DNA of 54,097 bases from Chromera velia (taxonomy: Eukaryota): positions 1 to 54,097 of the forward strand of contig JAHBMJ010000186.1 in assembly GCA_018398765.1 (NCBI GenBank), written 5' to 3'. Below, piece after piece: positions 26,331 to 39,245 of the stretch. The notes under the pieces were generated by a model. The model did no database searches. It was not told where the DNA came from and saw only the letters and a list, made by a program, of their open reading frames with translations. A program made the translations under genes and the position numbers. Positions within the stretch are counted from its first letter, which is position 1, and every line of letters starts with the position of its first letter.

Positions 26331-27599
26331 GGGAACAAATACTTGTACAAGCACACACATATCACAGGATTGATTGGGGGCAAGAGAGCACAAGAAAAAA
26401 GTCTCTGGCAGTTTTAGAGGCATCCAGGGGGGGCGGGGTTGGAACTCGACGCGGAAAAAAGCGGGGGGTTGATCGATTGACATACAAGTGCAGATTGTTA
26501 GAGAAGTCTTCTTCGTCTGTCGATTTATGAAAAAAATGTCCTTTCATTTTCTGACGGTAATCTGACGGACCCGTCGTTGCATGTTTTCTGTCTTTCGGTG
26601 CAATACCATGTGTTCTCGAAGTGATCCACCGTTTGCATTTTTATGTCTGACGTTCTTTCTTTGGCCATGATCTGTTCGCAGCAACCAAGAATGACTATCA
26701 GGGCATCCGTTTGCATGCGTGCGGGAGTAGCTCTGCATTTTCACATTTATACGTCTGTCTTTTCCTGTGACGCTGTCACATCGCCATGACCTTTTGCGAT
26801 CCATAGGGGCGGGTGCATGGGGGGGTGGGGGGGGGGCGTGGTGGTCGTCGTGGGAAATGACGACCAGAAAAAACAGTATTGGTCTCAGATCAATCAATCA
26901 ATCAATCACTCGAGAGAGGGATCGAGCGGGTGGATGTAAGAAGAAAGACAAGAAGTGACGTTCTGCAGCCTGGGTTCATCCGGGTATTCGACGAAATCAG
27001 GCACAAGGAAAGAAAAAGATTGATTCGATTTCACTAGACATCTTTTCATTCGATTGCCAGCAGCATCTAGTGCAGAATCTGAAACATTCCGCCTTCATGT
27101 TTGTTTTTTGCTGGCTCGGAATGTTTGGCTTCTGTCTCTCCGTCTGCATTTTTTTCTCTCTCTTTTCCTCACTCTCTCTCTCTCCCCGTTTGTATGTGAG
27201 AGTGCGTCTGCGTGTATTCATCCACACACACGGAGACAGCAAGACACACCCACCCACACACGTCGGACTGGGAGTCGGAACGTGGACTGCTGTCTGCTCT
27301 AGCTTTCGCTTTTCTTCTTCCTCATTTGTCAGTGCGGACGAAGAAGTCTAACAGGCCAGCCGAAAAGCCGTTGTCTGAGAAGACAATCTACTCAAAAAGA
27401 TCCACACCTCCTCCCAAGGGTCTCTGCTACCTAGTAGAACTTGACCTCCTTCTCTGTGACCACCTGGACGCTCGATCATGTCAGCCGCGAAAGGACACCG
27501 AAGGGGAAAACTGATTGAAGTGAGAGGAGAGGAAAGGGGGTGAGTTGGGTTGCGTTGTTGTCGTCTTATTAAGTATAAATTAAAGTGAACTGCTGGCGT

Positions 27600-29020
27600 A
27601 AAGAACCGAACTGCCTCGATCGTGCGTTGCCGCCGAACGCTAGACGCCTATTTATAGGCCGATGGCGATGGCGTATGATGATGATGATGATGATGATAGT
27701 CCCTGACGAAGAGGGGAAGAAGGAAGAAAAAGGCAGACAGAGTTCATAAAAAATGAACAGTTTCTTCCAGTTGTGCATGAAGGAGAAGTTGGGCTAGCGG
27801 ACTTTTTCTCCTGGTGATCAGCCTCTGAATCTACAGGGCGACTTTAATGAACCGAAGTAATCTGAAGGGAACCTGAGGAAATCAGGCAATTTATGTGGCG
27901 AAGGGGACCGAAGTAATATCGTTCAAACAAGCAGTCCGTCTGATCGAAATTTATGAACCCTGACTCGGCTCTCATTGAGCTGTCAATTTCCAGTACAGCA
28001 ATGATGTCCTTCTATTGACAAGCTGTCCTTCGTGTAGTGACATCAAGAGAAAAGGATATTAAACAAGGAGGTGAAATCGTAAGAAGAATCATGCAAATGA
28101 AATACACAGGCACTTCGTGGCAAGTTCGTGCGGTGGATTGACACTCATGTACTGCAATTCCACACAAGTCAAACTTAAAAAAAAACCTGGTTCAACTTAC
28201 TATTAAAGTCCTGGCACTGTCCTGGAGGAGCCGGCGTAAAAGCTAACACAGAACTTGATTTTATCGTATTTTCTTTTATAAGCTAGCTTTTTTGAGTTGT
28301 TTAGTCTTATAAATGCACTGAATTTGCAGCTGAAATATAAAAACTGCTTGAATTAGATTTACATATAGAGGTATAAATCAAAGTATGACTGGCATGAATA
28401 TATACTTAATGAATAACTCTCAGGAGAATCATCATATCCCACCTTGAAGCCTAGGGCATAGGAATTTTAAAATTTGTTTTTCAAAGTCATGGGTTTAAGT
28501 AAAAATATGAAAGTCCGCATGTAATTTATAATATAAAAGTTGAAAGTTTAAACCCTACAGATATATATAATTCTGTGTTAATTGAAATCTGTCCATAAAA
28601 CTTTTTGGCTTGCTTGTTTTATTCAGAGTCACTGAAAAATAACGCAGGCAGATAGCTAGTAGTAACTTTTGCCAGTATGTACATCATCGTTGTACAAAAC
28701 TATAAGTATAAAAGTAACATTGAAAAGTTAGTCAGACATATGATGTCTAGCATGATGTACAAAACAGACCACTAAACACACCAGATTATCATCATCATCA
28801 CCAGCGGGTCTAGCTATGCAGTGGGTACAAATTAAGAGAACATATACAAAAAAAATGCATATCCTCAGTTACAGTATTAAAAATGTAGATTGTTATCTAA
28901 TTAAATAAAAGGACTAAACTGCTTTATATAATTATATGCGTTGACAGCGACTTGCCGCCTATAATGCAAGACGCCTACTTATAGGCCGATAACGATGGTG
29001 TATGATGATAATGATGATGA
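27600..29020. repeat. Degenerate direct repeat pair (~27600-27693 and ~28908-29020) around an AT-rich non-coding stretch
   Basis: AGACGCCTATTTATAGGCCGATGGCGATGGCGTATGATGATG (27642) vs AGACGCCTACTTATAGGCCGATAACGATGGTGTATGATGATA (28969), with a shared upstream TTGCCGCC. Confidence 0.65.
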
Positions 29021-29880
29021 CTCGGATAATAATAAGAAAATAAAATAACAAAAAGCTCGATCATCACTTTTTAAATAAGAGACGAAGCGCAAAAAACTAG
29101 GAAACGACTCTAAAACTAGCCTTATTAGCTGCCCAAAAAGGATCGGTCCCCCCCTACTAACACCCCTGAAACTCCACAAAAAGTAATTGAAGTTTGATTC
29201 ATTTGATAATTGATTAAATGATTTCCACTCGAATTAATTATTTTTAGGATTTGTTAAATAGTTGAATTGTTGATTGTTCAGTTGGTCAATTGGTAGATAC
29301 TGGGAGTCTGGGATTGATATAACACTTATGTGCCAGTGTAAGAATCAAAAACAAACAAAGTGAATTTGATCAGGTCTTTTGCTTTAATTTGCTACAGGAA
29401 ATACTTGCAAGACTGAAAAAGCTGAGGCCAGTTTTTTATTGTAACAGGCCCGCTGAACGAGTTCCAATGCACAATCGCACTATCCTTCTCTCTTTCTTCG
29501 GGTGACTGCAGACTTACACCCACGGGCGGGGGAGAGGTCTCTCGTTTTTTCGGACTCCAGACGACGGACCCGAGGACGAAAAACCATCCGACCAATCACC
29601 CAGACAAACAGTCACGTGTCCCTTCAATTAAATTACAATAAACGCACAGCACCCAGGGGCACTAAACAACAGACTGATGTCACTGCAAGACAACAGCAGC
29701 TTACTCCACTTCCTTCAATGGCACTGCGAGCATCTCATTTGTCGCCTTCAGGCCCCCAAATTACCCTTCGAAGAGAAGATGTGAAAGGATCTAGGCCCAT
29801 GATACAATACGAAAAAATAACGTATACGAAAAAATAACGTCCACTGACACCCAGTTTACCTCCTCATTTAATTTCTTTTC

Positions 29881-30664
29881 TTATATTCCATTGCTCGCAA
29901 GGAGGTTTGAGAAGATGAAGTCCAGTTCGTCCAACAGAATACGCACGTTCTGACCCTTCTGCCCCGCGTGCTTCCCGTCCCCTCCTTGGGAACACTCTTT
30001 CCGCTTGCAGTTGATGGAATACCTGCATCATGCATGCACTCGTCAGTCACCACACATTTTTACTTTCGCTGTTTCACTCACTTACTTATTTACCCACTCG
30101 CTAACTCACCTACTCATTCACCGAGTCACTCACTCTCCCACTCACCGATAACGAAATTCATCCTACAAGATACGCCAGCGTCTCCAGGGGAGAAATAGAG
30201 AGATCCATTCCATCGCAATAATTGACATCAAACTTTTAGAATGCATATACACAGGGTCATACAGCAAGGCCCTTTCCATGACCAGAAATTTCCATTTGGC
30301 CGTTTCTGTATAACCAACAAACGTACTGGATTCCTCATAAACGATCGAACAAAATCAAATCAAATCCTAGCAGCTGACCACTGCCAGTGCGGCATCGCTT
30401 GCATGAACCCAATCCCGCTCTGCGCGTATCCGGTCATCGGCAAGACGGATCCCCCCCCCCCCCNTCCCGTCCCCCGCTGTTGCCTCTGCCACCTCTGCCA
30501 CTCTTGCCATTGGTTGTTTCTCTGTCTCACCATGTCTCCTGCAAAGATGTGCCCGAAGGTCGCGCTGCCCCACTTGAAACTCCAGAGCTCTACCGTGGTC
30601 GCTCCGGGCGGCTGCAGAAAGGACCAATCAATGGCATTGAATCGATCATCCGCACGAACACACA

Positions 30665-30699
<35 letters not shown>

Positions 30700-33456
30700 G
30701 CACACACACGCACGCACGCACACACGCACACACATGCACGCACGCACGCACGCACGCACAGAAGGACAGAGAGCCACAAAGAGACAGACAGAGATAGAAA
30801 CACTCTTGTCGACCAACCGACCATCCACCACGTGTGTCCCACTGCATTCCCATGTGCTGCAATGAGCATTGTCGCGTTGAGGGCGAAAGTCTTGACTTGT
30901 TCGCGAAACGGAATGTCCTCCGCATGCATGACCTGGAACGAGGCTTTTCTCTCCTTCAAGAAAACTTTCAACTCCTCAATGTTCTCTATCTTCCTGTCGC
31001 GTTTTCTGTCGACAATCACAACATGCTGTTTGTCCGGGTCTGGTCGGAACTCTGCGGCCCTTTTCATCGCAAAGTTTCGTTCCGTCTTTGTCAGGACAGC
31101 CCTGAAGACCATGTCTCTCAGAGTGGAGTACACCCGAGGATCAGGCACCGGGTCGTGTTCGCACCCGCAGCAATCGCACCTGTTCCCGAGACCGATAACT
31201 GCAGTCTCATAACAGACCTGCACGCACGGCCATATACCAAAAGGAAAAAGAAAAATCCCATTTTCTCTTGAGGGTATTGTATACAGAGGACAGTTTCCCT
31301 GTTCAGAGCGTTTCAGTACAGTCGAGTATCGTTTGATGAGTTCCTTCCAGACCCACAACGACGCACATTCTCTCCAAGCCCCGGCAATTCTTGCTGAAAG
31401 CTGAATGCCTTCCCCCGAAAACAAAACGAAATAAGAGGAGCACAAACAAACAAACAAACTTACCGGCATCCCATGGGTGAAGTCTGCGGGGCTGACTCGA
31501 CTCTCGCTGTCTTGTTTGAACAACACGGCGTCGATGTTCTTGTCCAGCCAGGCGGCATCAAAAAAGCGTCGCCGCTCTGCGACAGGATAGACCACATGAA
31601 CTCTCTCGTTCCTCCAGGCCTCGAAGTCCAAAATTTCACTCTCCGTCTCCGTCTCCGAGTCCTCCTCCTGCATCCTCCTCGCTGTCTCTGGAGTGTCTGT
31701 CGAGACGGCAGTCTCATTCTTGCTCTCTCCCTGTCTGCTATTGACATTGTCTCTGTGCTCAGGGTTTTTGTACCACTCCGAGAGTGCACTGATGAGGGGA
31801 ACAACGTTGTTCATGATGTTATGGGACATGTGGTAGGGCCACACTGTGCCTGCCACAAAGAGCGTGGCCCCTCTGAGGACCGTCACTTCGTCGGTCAGAG
31901 GCAGAACTCGGACGGAGGGATTCCACCAGACGTCCGTGTACTTCGCCGAGGCCGCAATGTTGACCTGCAAAGCTAGGAGTCGGGAAGTGTGGGTGTGCAC
32001 GTGTATAGGCAGACAGAAGGAGAGACGCCCACAGGGAGAGGGAGAAAAGATGAGGGACTCAAAATCCAAGAGGAAGAAATGTACAACAGCAGTAGAACAG
32101 GTCGAAGAAAGAGAAGTCTCTTCTGTTGCTGAATTTCGACATGGCCTCTGTGTGTGTGTGAGTGCGTGTGTGTGTGTCTCTCCGTTTGCCGCGCCACAGA
32201 ATAAATTCAATTAATGTTTCTCCAATCTGTTTTATTTGGAGAGTCAAAGAAACCACTGGACCAAGTGACCTTGGGAATTTCGTTTTGTTTGGCGACCGTG
32301 GGAGGGCCCTTCTCTCGTGTGTACACGGGCATTGCAGGGAAAAAGGGGGCTGCATTACAGGGAGAGAGCACAGAGGAAGCGCCGCATGAAAGATATGCAT
32401 GCAAAAGCACAGAATGTGGAACAGTATTGCGACCTCGGTGTGACTTGGAAGACATGTGGGTAGACCGGCATGACGACAGATGAGTGATAATCAAGTGATA
32501 CGTGAGTGATTTGTTTGCTGTGTGTCCATGCACAGGCCAAAAGCTTCCTCTTTTCCTTTAAATTCAACGAAATCGCGCCTGCTCTTCTGACTTGGGTCTC
32601 GACTACAAAATGCACAGCTTCGTATCGCGTGCAGACCAGTGTTTTTCCCAATTCAAGAAAGAAGATGATCCGATCCAATTTACTGACTGTTCTCTTTGTC
32701 TCCAGCAATCATGCAGAGGTGCTTGGCCACCATCACACCCGTCCGTCCCCCCTGCTTCCCGATGAACTCGAAGGACGGAGTCAGGTGCCCCACCTTCACA
32801 GCCCTGTCGAGAGGGCGCTGCCGAGCTAAACGGGCAGCCTTCCTAATGTCCCACTCGTCCTGTTCGCTTTGCGGGACCATTTGGACCATTTTTGCGGGTC
32901 CTGGTGGAAGGAGGCTCGGTGGCTTTGGTGGTTCTGACTTCTTTGCATCGGTTGGGGACGATGGTGTTTGGCCCCCGCTCGAATTTTGCTTTTGCACTGC
33001 TGGTCCATTTTCGGATGCAGACGTTGCGAGCTGCGCCGCGGCGTGTGCTTGTTGAGAATCAGTCGGACTCGGACTATTTGAATTCGACTTCGTTATTGTG
33101 GCAACATTTTCAGTTTTTTCTGAAGTTGTTTCCTCGCTTGGGAGAGTTTCAGGGGGAGGAGAGGATGACTGTCTGTGAAATTGCAGAAGCGAGAGGAAGG
33201 CAAGAAGAACAAAGACGAGTAGCAACGAAACCAAAACAATGAGCGCAAGAGAGCGGTGTCGTGTTTTCGATCCTGCTCCTCCTGATGTCCTTTTGTGGCT
33301 GTCTGAGTGTCCAAGGGGAAGTGGCAACGATTTCCCAGTCTCCGGGTCCGTTTCTGTTTCCGGCAGGCTCCTGTTTCGACAGAAGGAATCCTGTCCTCCT
33401 CCCTGATTGAGGGAAGTGTGCGTCCCCGATGGGGACTCACCTGGAACTATCGCCAT
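29881..33456 (-). CDS. Glycosyltransferase family 61 (EOGT/POMGNT2/xylosyltransferase-like) type II membrane protein, ~705 aa. Exons 33456-32684, 32517-32445, 31964-31464, 31217-30822, 30611-30379, 30022-29881
   Basis: N-terminal TM (LALIVLVSLLLVFVLLAFLSLL) and S/P-rich stem, then YHMSHNIMNNVVPL, VCYETAVIG, VIVDRKRDRKIENIEEL, IPFREQVKTF..LIAAHGNAVGHTWWMPPGATTVEL and QNVRI. The exons sum to 2118 nt in frame. Exon 2 boundaries are less certain, and there is one N base at ~30464. Confidence 0.85.
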
Positions 33457-33714
33457 GCGCTTCTGAATCGTGTAGAGCCGGGTCGTTCGCTGTGTAGTTC
33501 TGTATGGAGGTGTTCCACTGCAACAGTCAATTCAGGGAGTGAACAACGGCTGGCTATACATGTATGTATTTCTTGAACTACGGCACAGCAGAATCCTTGG
33601 CCTGTCTCCACTTTGTCATCTTACTGCGATAGTTTGTGTCCATGCCAAACATGTTCTCTCCCACAAGTCTACCAAATCAAGTTTTGGAGGGCGTTATGCA
33701 TGCATCAGAATTTA

Positions 33715-33904
33715 GGGCGCATTGATAGCTATATATAGTATATTAATATAGCCAGTGCGTGCAATGATCGAATGTATTCATTGAATAACCGATGCATGCA
33801 TGCATCATTAAAGTCATGCATGTTAAAATTAAAAATTCTTTTTTAAAAACGCTGCTTTTCGCGCGCACGCGCACGTGCGCGCGTGCGTGGCAGTGACTGC
33901 GCCC
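33715..33904. mobile_element. MITE-like inverted-repeat element upstream of the GT61 gene
   Basis: Perfect 13-bp inverted repeat AATTTAGGGCGCA (33709-33721) / TGCGCCCTAAATT (33898-33910), readable as TA|GGGCGCA...TGCGCCC|TA. The interior has TGCATGCA and GC palindromes. Confidence 0.5.
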
Positions 33905-34263
33905 TAAATTTTGCGCGCCTTGGGCTTCGGCTTGCACTATATGCTTGCATGCGTTAAAATCCACGCAAAATTATTTATCTAGCTTACTGGCAATCAGAAA
34001 GCTTGAAGAAGAAGAATCTACTATAAGAAGAGTTTACCAAAAAAAGAATTAAGAGCCCATTCTACCTTAGATTGTACTAAAATTTAGCCCAATCAGAAGT
34101 GAACAAAAGCGTATTGAGGCTAATAGTATAATAATGGAGACCACCACGGAGACAGCCAAAAACGACAGCCTGGTTTTGCTTGATCTAATACATAATTTTC
34201 TAAATAATTTTCATTTTTTTTTGTGATTTATCTAAGATTATCAATAGTTTTGAAAGCTAGTTA

Positions 34264-34599
34264 AGAACTTAGGTAAGGTGGAGGTGTGTGTCAAGGTGTC
34301 ATGACAGGTAAGTCTCTATGGTCTGTACCCAAGTCTGTACAACTCCTAGAGAAGTCTGTAAAAGTAATAGTAATACTTTCAGTCCGAAAGCAAAGCAATG
34401 AATCCAATCTCGCATGCTATCCAAAGCATGATACGCATAGAAATAATAAAACAATACGTCCGCGCGATAATCGCTCGGCGCGGTGATTATTCCAAATTTA
34501 TTCGCTACATGCGCGCAACACGCATACATGACACAAACCTAGCCAAGCCCATGGCCCAATGCACGGCACGGTACCCCGACGGCTACCTGTACTTCAACT
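34264..34599. repeat. Terminal direct repeat, left copy (336 bp)
   Basis: Aligns to 38921-39245 with ~30 substitutions and one 11-nt indel. Confidence 0.95.
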
Positions 34600-37500
34600 C
34601 TCCTCCTTAATTATATTGCCGAAGCAAAAGTAAAACGTTGCAGAAAAAATACGTAAGGCACTGCGAGCGATACGATTCAGGACAAATTTCAGTCCAGCAA
34701 AGACAACAATAAAAATAAAAACAGCCATATGCTCTAACAATGCATGCTCTACCGATTGAGGTAGGAAGTCAAAAAGTTTTGTCAAAAGTAAAGATTTCCT
34801 GTATGTAACAGTTACGTCATCAATCCAATCTGTTTTGATCTCTCCCCTGCTCTGTCCTCTTTTAAAAAAGAAAACCAGAAGTCTGTACTACAAATCAATT
34901 CAGTTTAAAAAGGAAACAGACTTGTGGAATCAATCAAAATATGATGAACTCCTGAATGCAGATGAGAAAATCTGGATTGATGAATGAATGAATGAATCAA
35001 TGAATGAATGAATGAAAATAATTTGTATTGAATGAGATGAATCAGTCAGAGTGCAGAAGCGATGACAGATAACTTACATGCATCACCTACTTTCCTTTTG
35101 CAGAATTAAAGCAAACTAAAATTTAAATTGGTTGACAAAAAAGAAAAGAAAGTTGAATGTCATTGAACGTCTTTTCTTCTCAATCTTTGTCACGCTGCGC
35201 TTTTTTCTTTTCTTCTTTTATCTGTCTTTTGCTATCGACATGCATATCTGAGAAAAAAACCTTTTATAAAAAGAAAAGAAGTGAAACAACCATCGAAAGG
35301 TGAAAGAGCACTATTTAGCTAGAAAAAAGAGCAATCCGGGAAAAGAAAACGAATCACAAATCGGACAGTCAAGTCAAATACGTCACACAAACTGCATATC
35401 TTTGAAAAGAAAATAAGATGCAGTGAATTCTATACAGTGAATCCAGAAGAAAAACAGAACTGCCGAATGAAAGCAAAAACGAATGATGCATTTTTATTTC
35501 TATTTTTCTGTTCTGGTTCCTTCTGTATGATATGTCATCTCTCTTTTCCCCATCTCCCCCCCCTTCTCTCTTCAATCCGCCCCATTCCCTCATGTTCTTG
35601 TGATTCCTTCTCAATCTACTGCTCAGGTTGACTTGTTTGAAAAGAGAAGAGAAAACCAAGAACTGTAAAGAGAAGGAGGAGAGAGAGAGAAAGAGAGAGT
35701 GATAAACGGTGAAATAAAAAGAAAACGCAAAAGAAAGCAATTCTGCTGTATGTGAAAAAGAAACTTTCACTAAGCACATTCAGACAACGCAAAAAGAATA
35801 AAGAAGAGTCTCAGAAAAGAAAACCTTTTCAATTGTTAAATCATTTCGTTCTTTTCTTTCCTCCTACTAGCCCTCTTTTTTCAGCACTCCCGCTCCCCCC
35901 TCCCATTCTTTTCTCATTTCATTAGTCAAACGATGATCAAGAAAGAGAAAAGACAAGAAGAAGAGCGTGAAAGAGCAAAGAAAGAAAGAGCGAGAGACGC
36001 CAAAAGGAAAACTGAGTCTCCATTCTTTCTCCAAGCTCTTCCGACACCTATCTTAAACCACTTCACTCAGATCGAGCAAGTGGACAAGGACCACCAGTAG
36101 TATGATTGCCGCTATTTCTGCCGAGAGCCGCCCTTCCCTCAACTACCACCAGTTGCTGCCTAGACCGTACTGAGCCGTCAGTGCACCATCTGCTTGCAGC
36201 TGCTTTCCGGGCCGCTAAGAGCTGAGAGTGCTGCAACTTTTCTACTATGATGTCGTTTGTCTGCTCGCTAAGGATTGCTGAGGAAGGCAAGGTTTCGGAA
36301 GCGTCTCTTTGGGGGGGGGGGATTTTTCATGACTTTTCCATCTATGCTTGGCCGTCTCCGTATCTTCTGCCAGTCAACGTCCATCCGTGTGCACACCAGA
36401 ATGAGAGGAAAAAGAGAAAGAGGGGGAGAAAGGGAATGAAAAGAAGGAGAAGGTTCGTTTTTCAGAAGAGAGAGTGAGAATGGCTAACGTTTCTTGCGGC
36501 TTCTTGCGGAGCTGAGCTCCAAGAGTTAGTTAGACACGGGGGTTGTTATGTCGACATCATGTTCGACTATTCTGAGCTTCCCTTTACACTTCAGGATATC
36601 GGATTCCCATCTATAAGGCATCATATGGGGGAGAGTTCAGAGATGACCGCCATTTCCTCGACTTTCGAGGAGAATAAAGAGGAGGGGGCAACTTCGACCC
36701 TTTCCAGGACTATCCTGGAGGGGAGGCAGCGTTCAAGGGCAGATTTGCCCACTGCTGAGTTCATTCCGGTTTTTTTTTCTTCAATACATATCTTCATCTG
36801 CGTATGTGGTTGATAGCTTGTCATGCAGTTTCTCTATCATCAGGATCTGACAAGCGCCGATCCTTTGGACTTGCAAGAAGAGCATGAATTGCATTTTCGC
36901 GGCACAAATTGCTATGACAAACGATCAGTCGGGGAAGAGAACAAAGATTCTGGGCTCAGTGGTTAGAGCATGCAACTGACCTTTATTTTTTTTCTTTTAT
37001 TCTTCATGTCTCGCTCCCTCCGTTCTTGTTTGACATATCAGAATTGAGAGGGGGAGTGAAGAATGCGAATAGAGGAGATTGGGACCAGTTGTGGGCCAGA
37101 CGCTGGTACGGGTCTGCTGCGGTGGGCGACGCTGGGCGCTACGATATGCTTTCGCTTTCCGGAGCTGCTTGCTTTGCACAATGCATCATGCACCTGATTT
37201 GGTTGCAGTCAGATCGATTGACGGTGCATCATTTATTGAAGCTTCTAGCTTAGCAAGAACGTTTGTCCCTCTCTGTACAACTGAACTGACAGACTTTTCT
37301 AAAAGAGCTCTGACGGAAGGAAGCCTTGGGTACTTGCGCTCTAGCAGCTCTAGCTACACACAGCTTAACTGCGGTTAACAAAGAAGAGTAAGACTCTGAA
37401 TCAAAAGTGATGAGAGAACGAAACATCGGCTACTCAAAAACGTAGTCATCTTCCGCTACCACCACAATAAGTTACACAAAGACTAGATGTTCAGACTCAC

Positions 37501-38920
37501 ACAGTACAAAAAAAAAAAACAGTTTGAGAAGAGAGGTCTCAAAAAATTTAATGAATGAAAAGAAAATGATTGGACGTTTACACACATCCATGTTTGTCTT
37601 CTTATTCTCCTACGTTGGGAAAGCGGATTCAAGCGAAATTCTTTTCCTTCCTTCTTTTCAGGCAGGGATCTGCTATTCCATCATCCCAGTCCTTACATGT
37701 ATTCATCCCCCCCCCGGCCATCCGTTGCTGACAAGGTAGAAATTAAAGGGATATTCACAAATCGACTGATTTAGATCTAAGGATAGGTGCAGAAACTTAA
37801 GGCACTCGAAGTCCCCATAAAGCCTATATAGAAGTTATCGAGTCCATCCGTTCACAAAACCCAGAAAACACAGCCAGACGAAATCGATACAACCAGGTAC
37901 AGCATGCAAGGCAAGCACACCGCTCTGAAAGGTATGGCTACTGCCTCATGAATCGTCTTCATTCAACGGAATGTGGCCCGGTGCACATCTCAATCCAGAC
38001 ATAACCTATTTATGTATCAGAGCACGTCCAGGCACTCACAAATCAAGAACCGTTCCATTCTCACTTAGGACGTCCATCCGGCATAGGCGAGATTTGAGAG
38101 GCACAGGCGAAACGGCAAACTCCGCACAGCACACAGAACGAAGGTCCATGATCAGAACTCTTTTCTTCTCTCTCTGAAAGACTTCATGCAGGGTGAGATG
38201 ACAAGCAAACAAAACAGTGCAGACTTGTCTTCTGGTTTGTTCAGTCACCATTCATAAGTAGAGTGGAACGTTGAAAACCAGGAAGAGACAGCACAGGCTG
38301 CTCACAGTGTTAACTGAGGTACGCAAAGAACCATGAAGGAGAGAGAAAGGACAGATCAACATACTACGGGAGGTTATTTGCAAGGTTTTCCTTCACTTGC
38401 GAAACAGATTCCAATCTCAACATGCAAGGAAGCTCCACTTGAGAGATCCACAGAGATACCTCTGTCAGTCATCCTTGACTGCTCAGAGGCGCTGTTGCAG
38501 AAGGTCATCCAAGCCGTCTCCTTTCCTTCATGACCAGAAGCCGCAATGCTTCATGGACTGTAGTCCACCCGACTCCTTCTCCTTCTACAGATGAAGGGAA
38601 GACCCCCTCCAGAACCAGTTTTCCACTCCTGCTTGCATCTGATGTGCACAAACAGTAGATCGTTCACCTTGTTTATAGAAGTAAACTCGTCAAGATTCAT
38701 CTAGCAGCTGAGTACACAACTGCTAGGAGGGTTTCTACCACAAAAGTGAGGACACGATTGAAACGACCAGGCTGCGCAAACAGATGCGTTACGAAGAACA
38801 GAAGAATGCCCTGAGGCTGCTTTAAGAGAAGAGGAGCGGTCCTCAGTCATAGATAGAGAAGGTGAGGAAACATCTTGAACTGCAACACAGTAACAGCAAG
38901 CACTGTAGGCTGTTGACCGC

Positions 38921-39245
38921 AGAACTTAGGTAAAGTGGAGGTGTGTGTCAAAGTGTCATGACAGGTAAGTCTCTGTGGTCTGTGCCTAAGTTTGTACAGC
39001 TCCTGGAGAAGTCTGTAAAAGTAATAGTAATACTCTCAATCCGAAAGCAAAGCAATGAATCCAATCTCGCATGCTATCCAAAGTACGATACGCACAGAAA
39101 TAACAAAACAATACGTCCGTGCGATAATCGCTCGGCGCAGCGATTATTCGCTGCATGTGCGTAACACGCGTACGTGATACAAGCCCGGCCAAGCCCGCGG
39201 CCCAATGCGCGGCACGGTGCCCCGACGGCTACCTGTACTTCAACT
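38921..39245. repeat. Terminal direct repeat, right copy (325 bp)
   Basis: Aligns to 34264-34599. Confidence 0.95.

Larger units (their letters stand above)
34264..39245 (-). mobile_element. Degenerate LTR-retrotransposon-like element (~5 kb) with no intact ORF
   Basis: Direct terminal repeats at 34264-34599 and 38921-39245 (~91% identical, manual alignment). CTAGTTAAG is duplicated at both outer junctions (34257-34265 and 39244-39252). The minus-strand purine tract AAGGAGGAG (34600-34608) abuts the left repeat like a PPT, which sets the orientation. Confidence 0.7.

Noticed and set aside
30241..31212. 323-aa plus-strand ORF
   Set aside because: Antisense to GT61 exons and includes a (CA)n intron.
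36540..36570. YVDIMF resembling the copia RT motif YVDD
   Set aside because: It lacks the second Asp, has no surrounding RT motifs, and lies on the strand opposite to the PPT-inferred orientation.
37800..38080. Minus-strand MDV and ALWGLR resembling copia RT QMDV / ALYGLK
   Set aside because: Short matches with flanking stops and spacing that seems too long. A profile search on a family consensus is needed.
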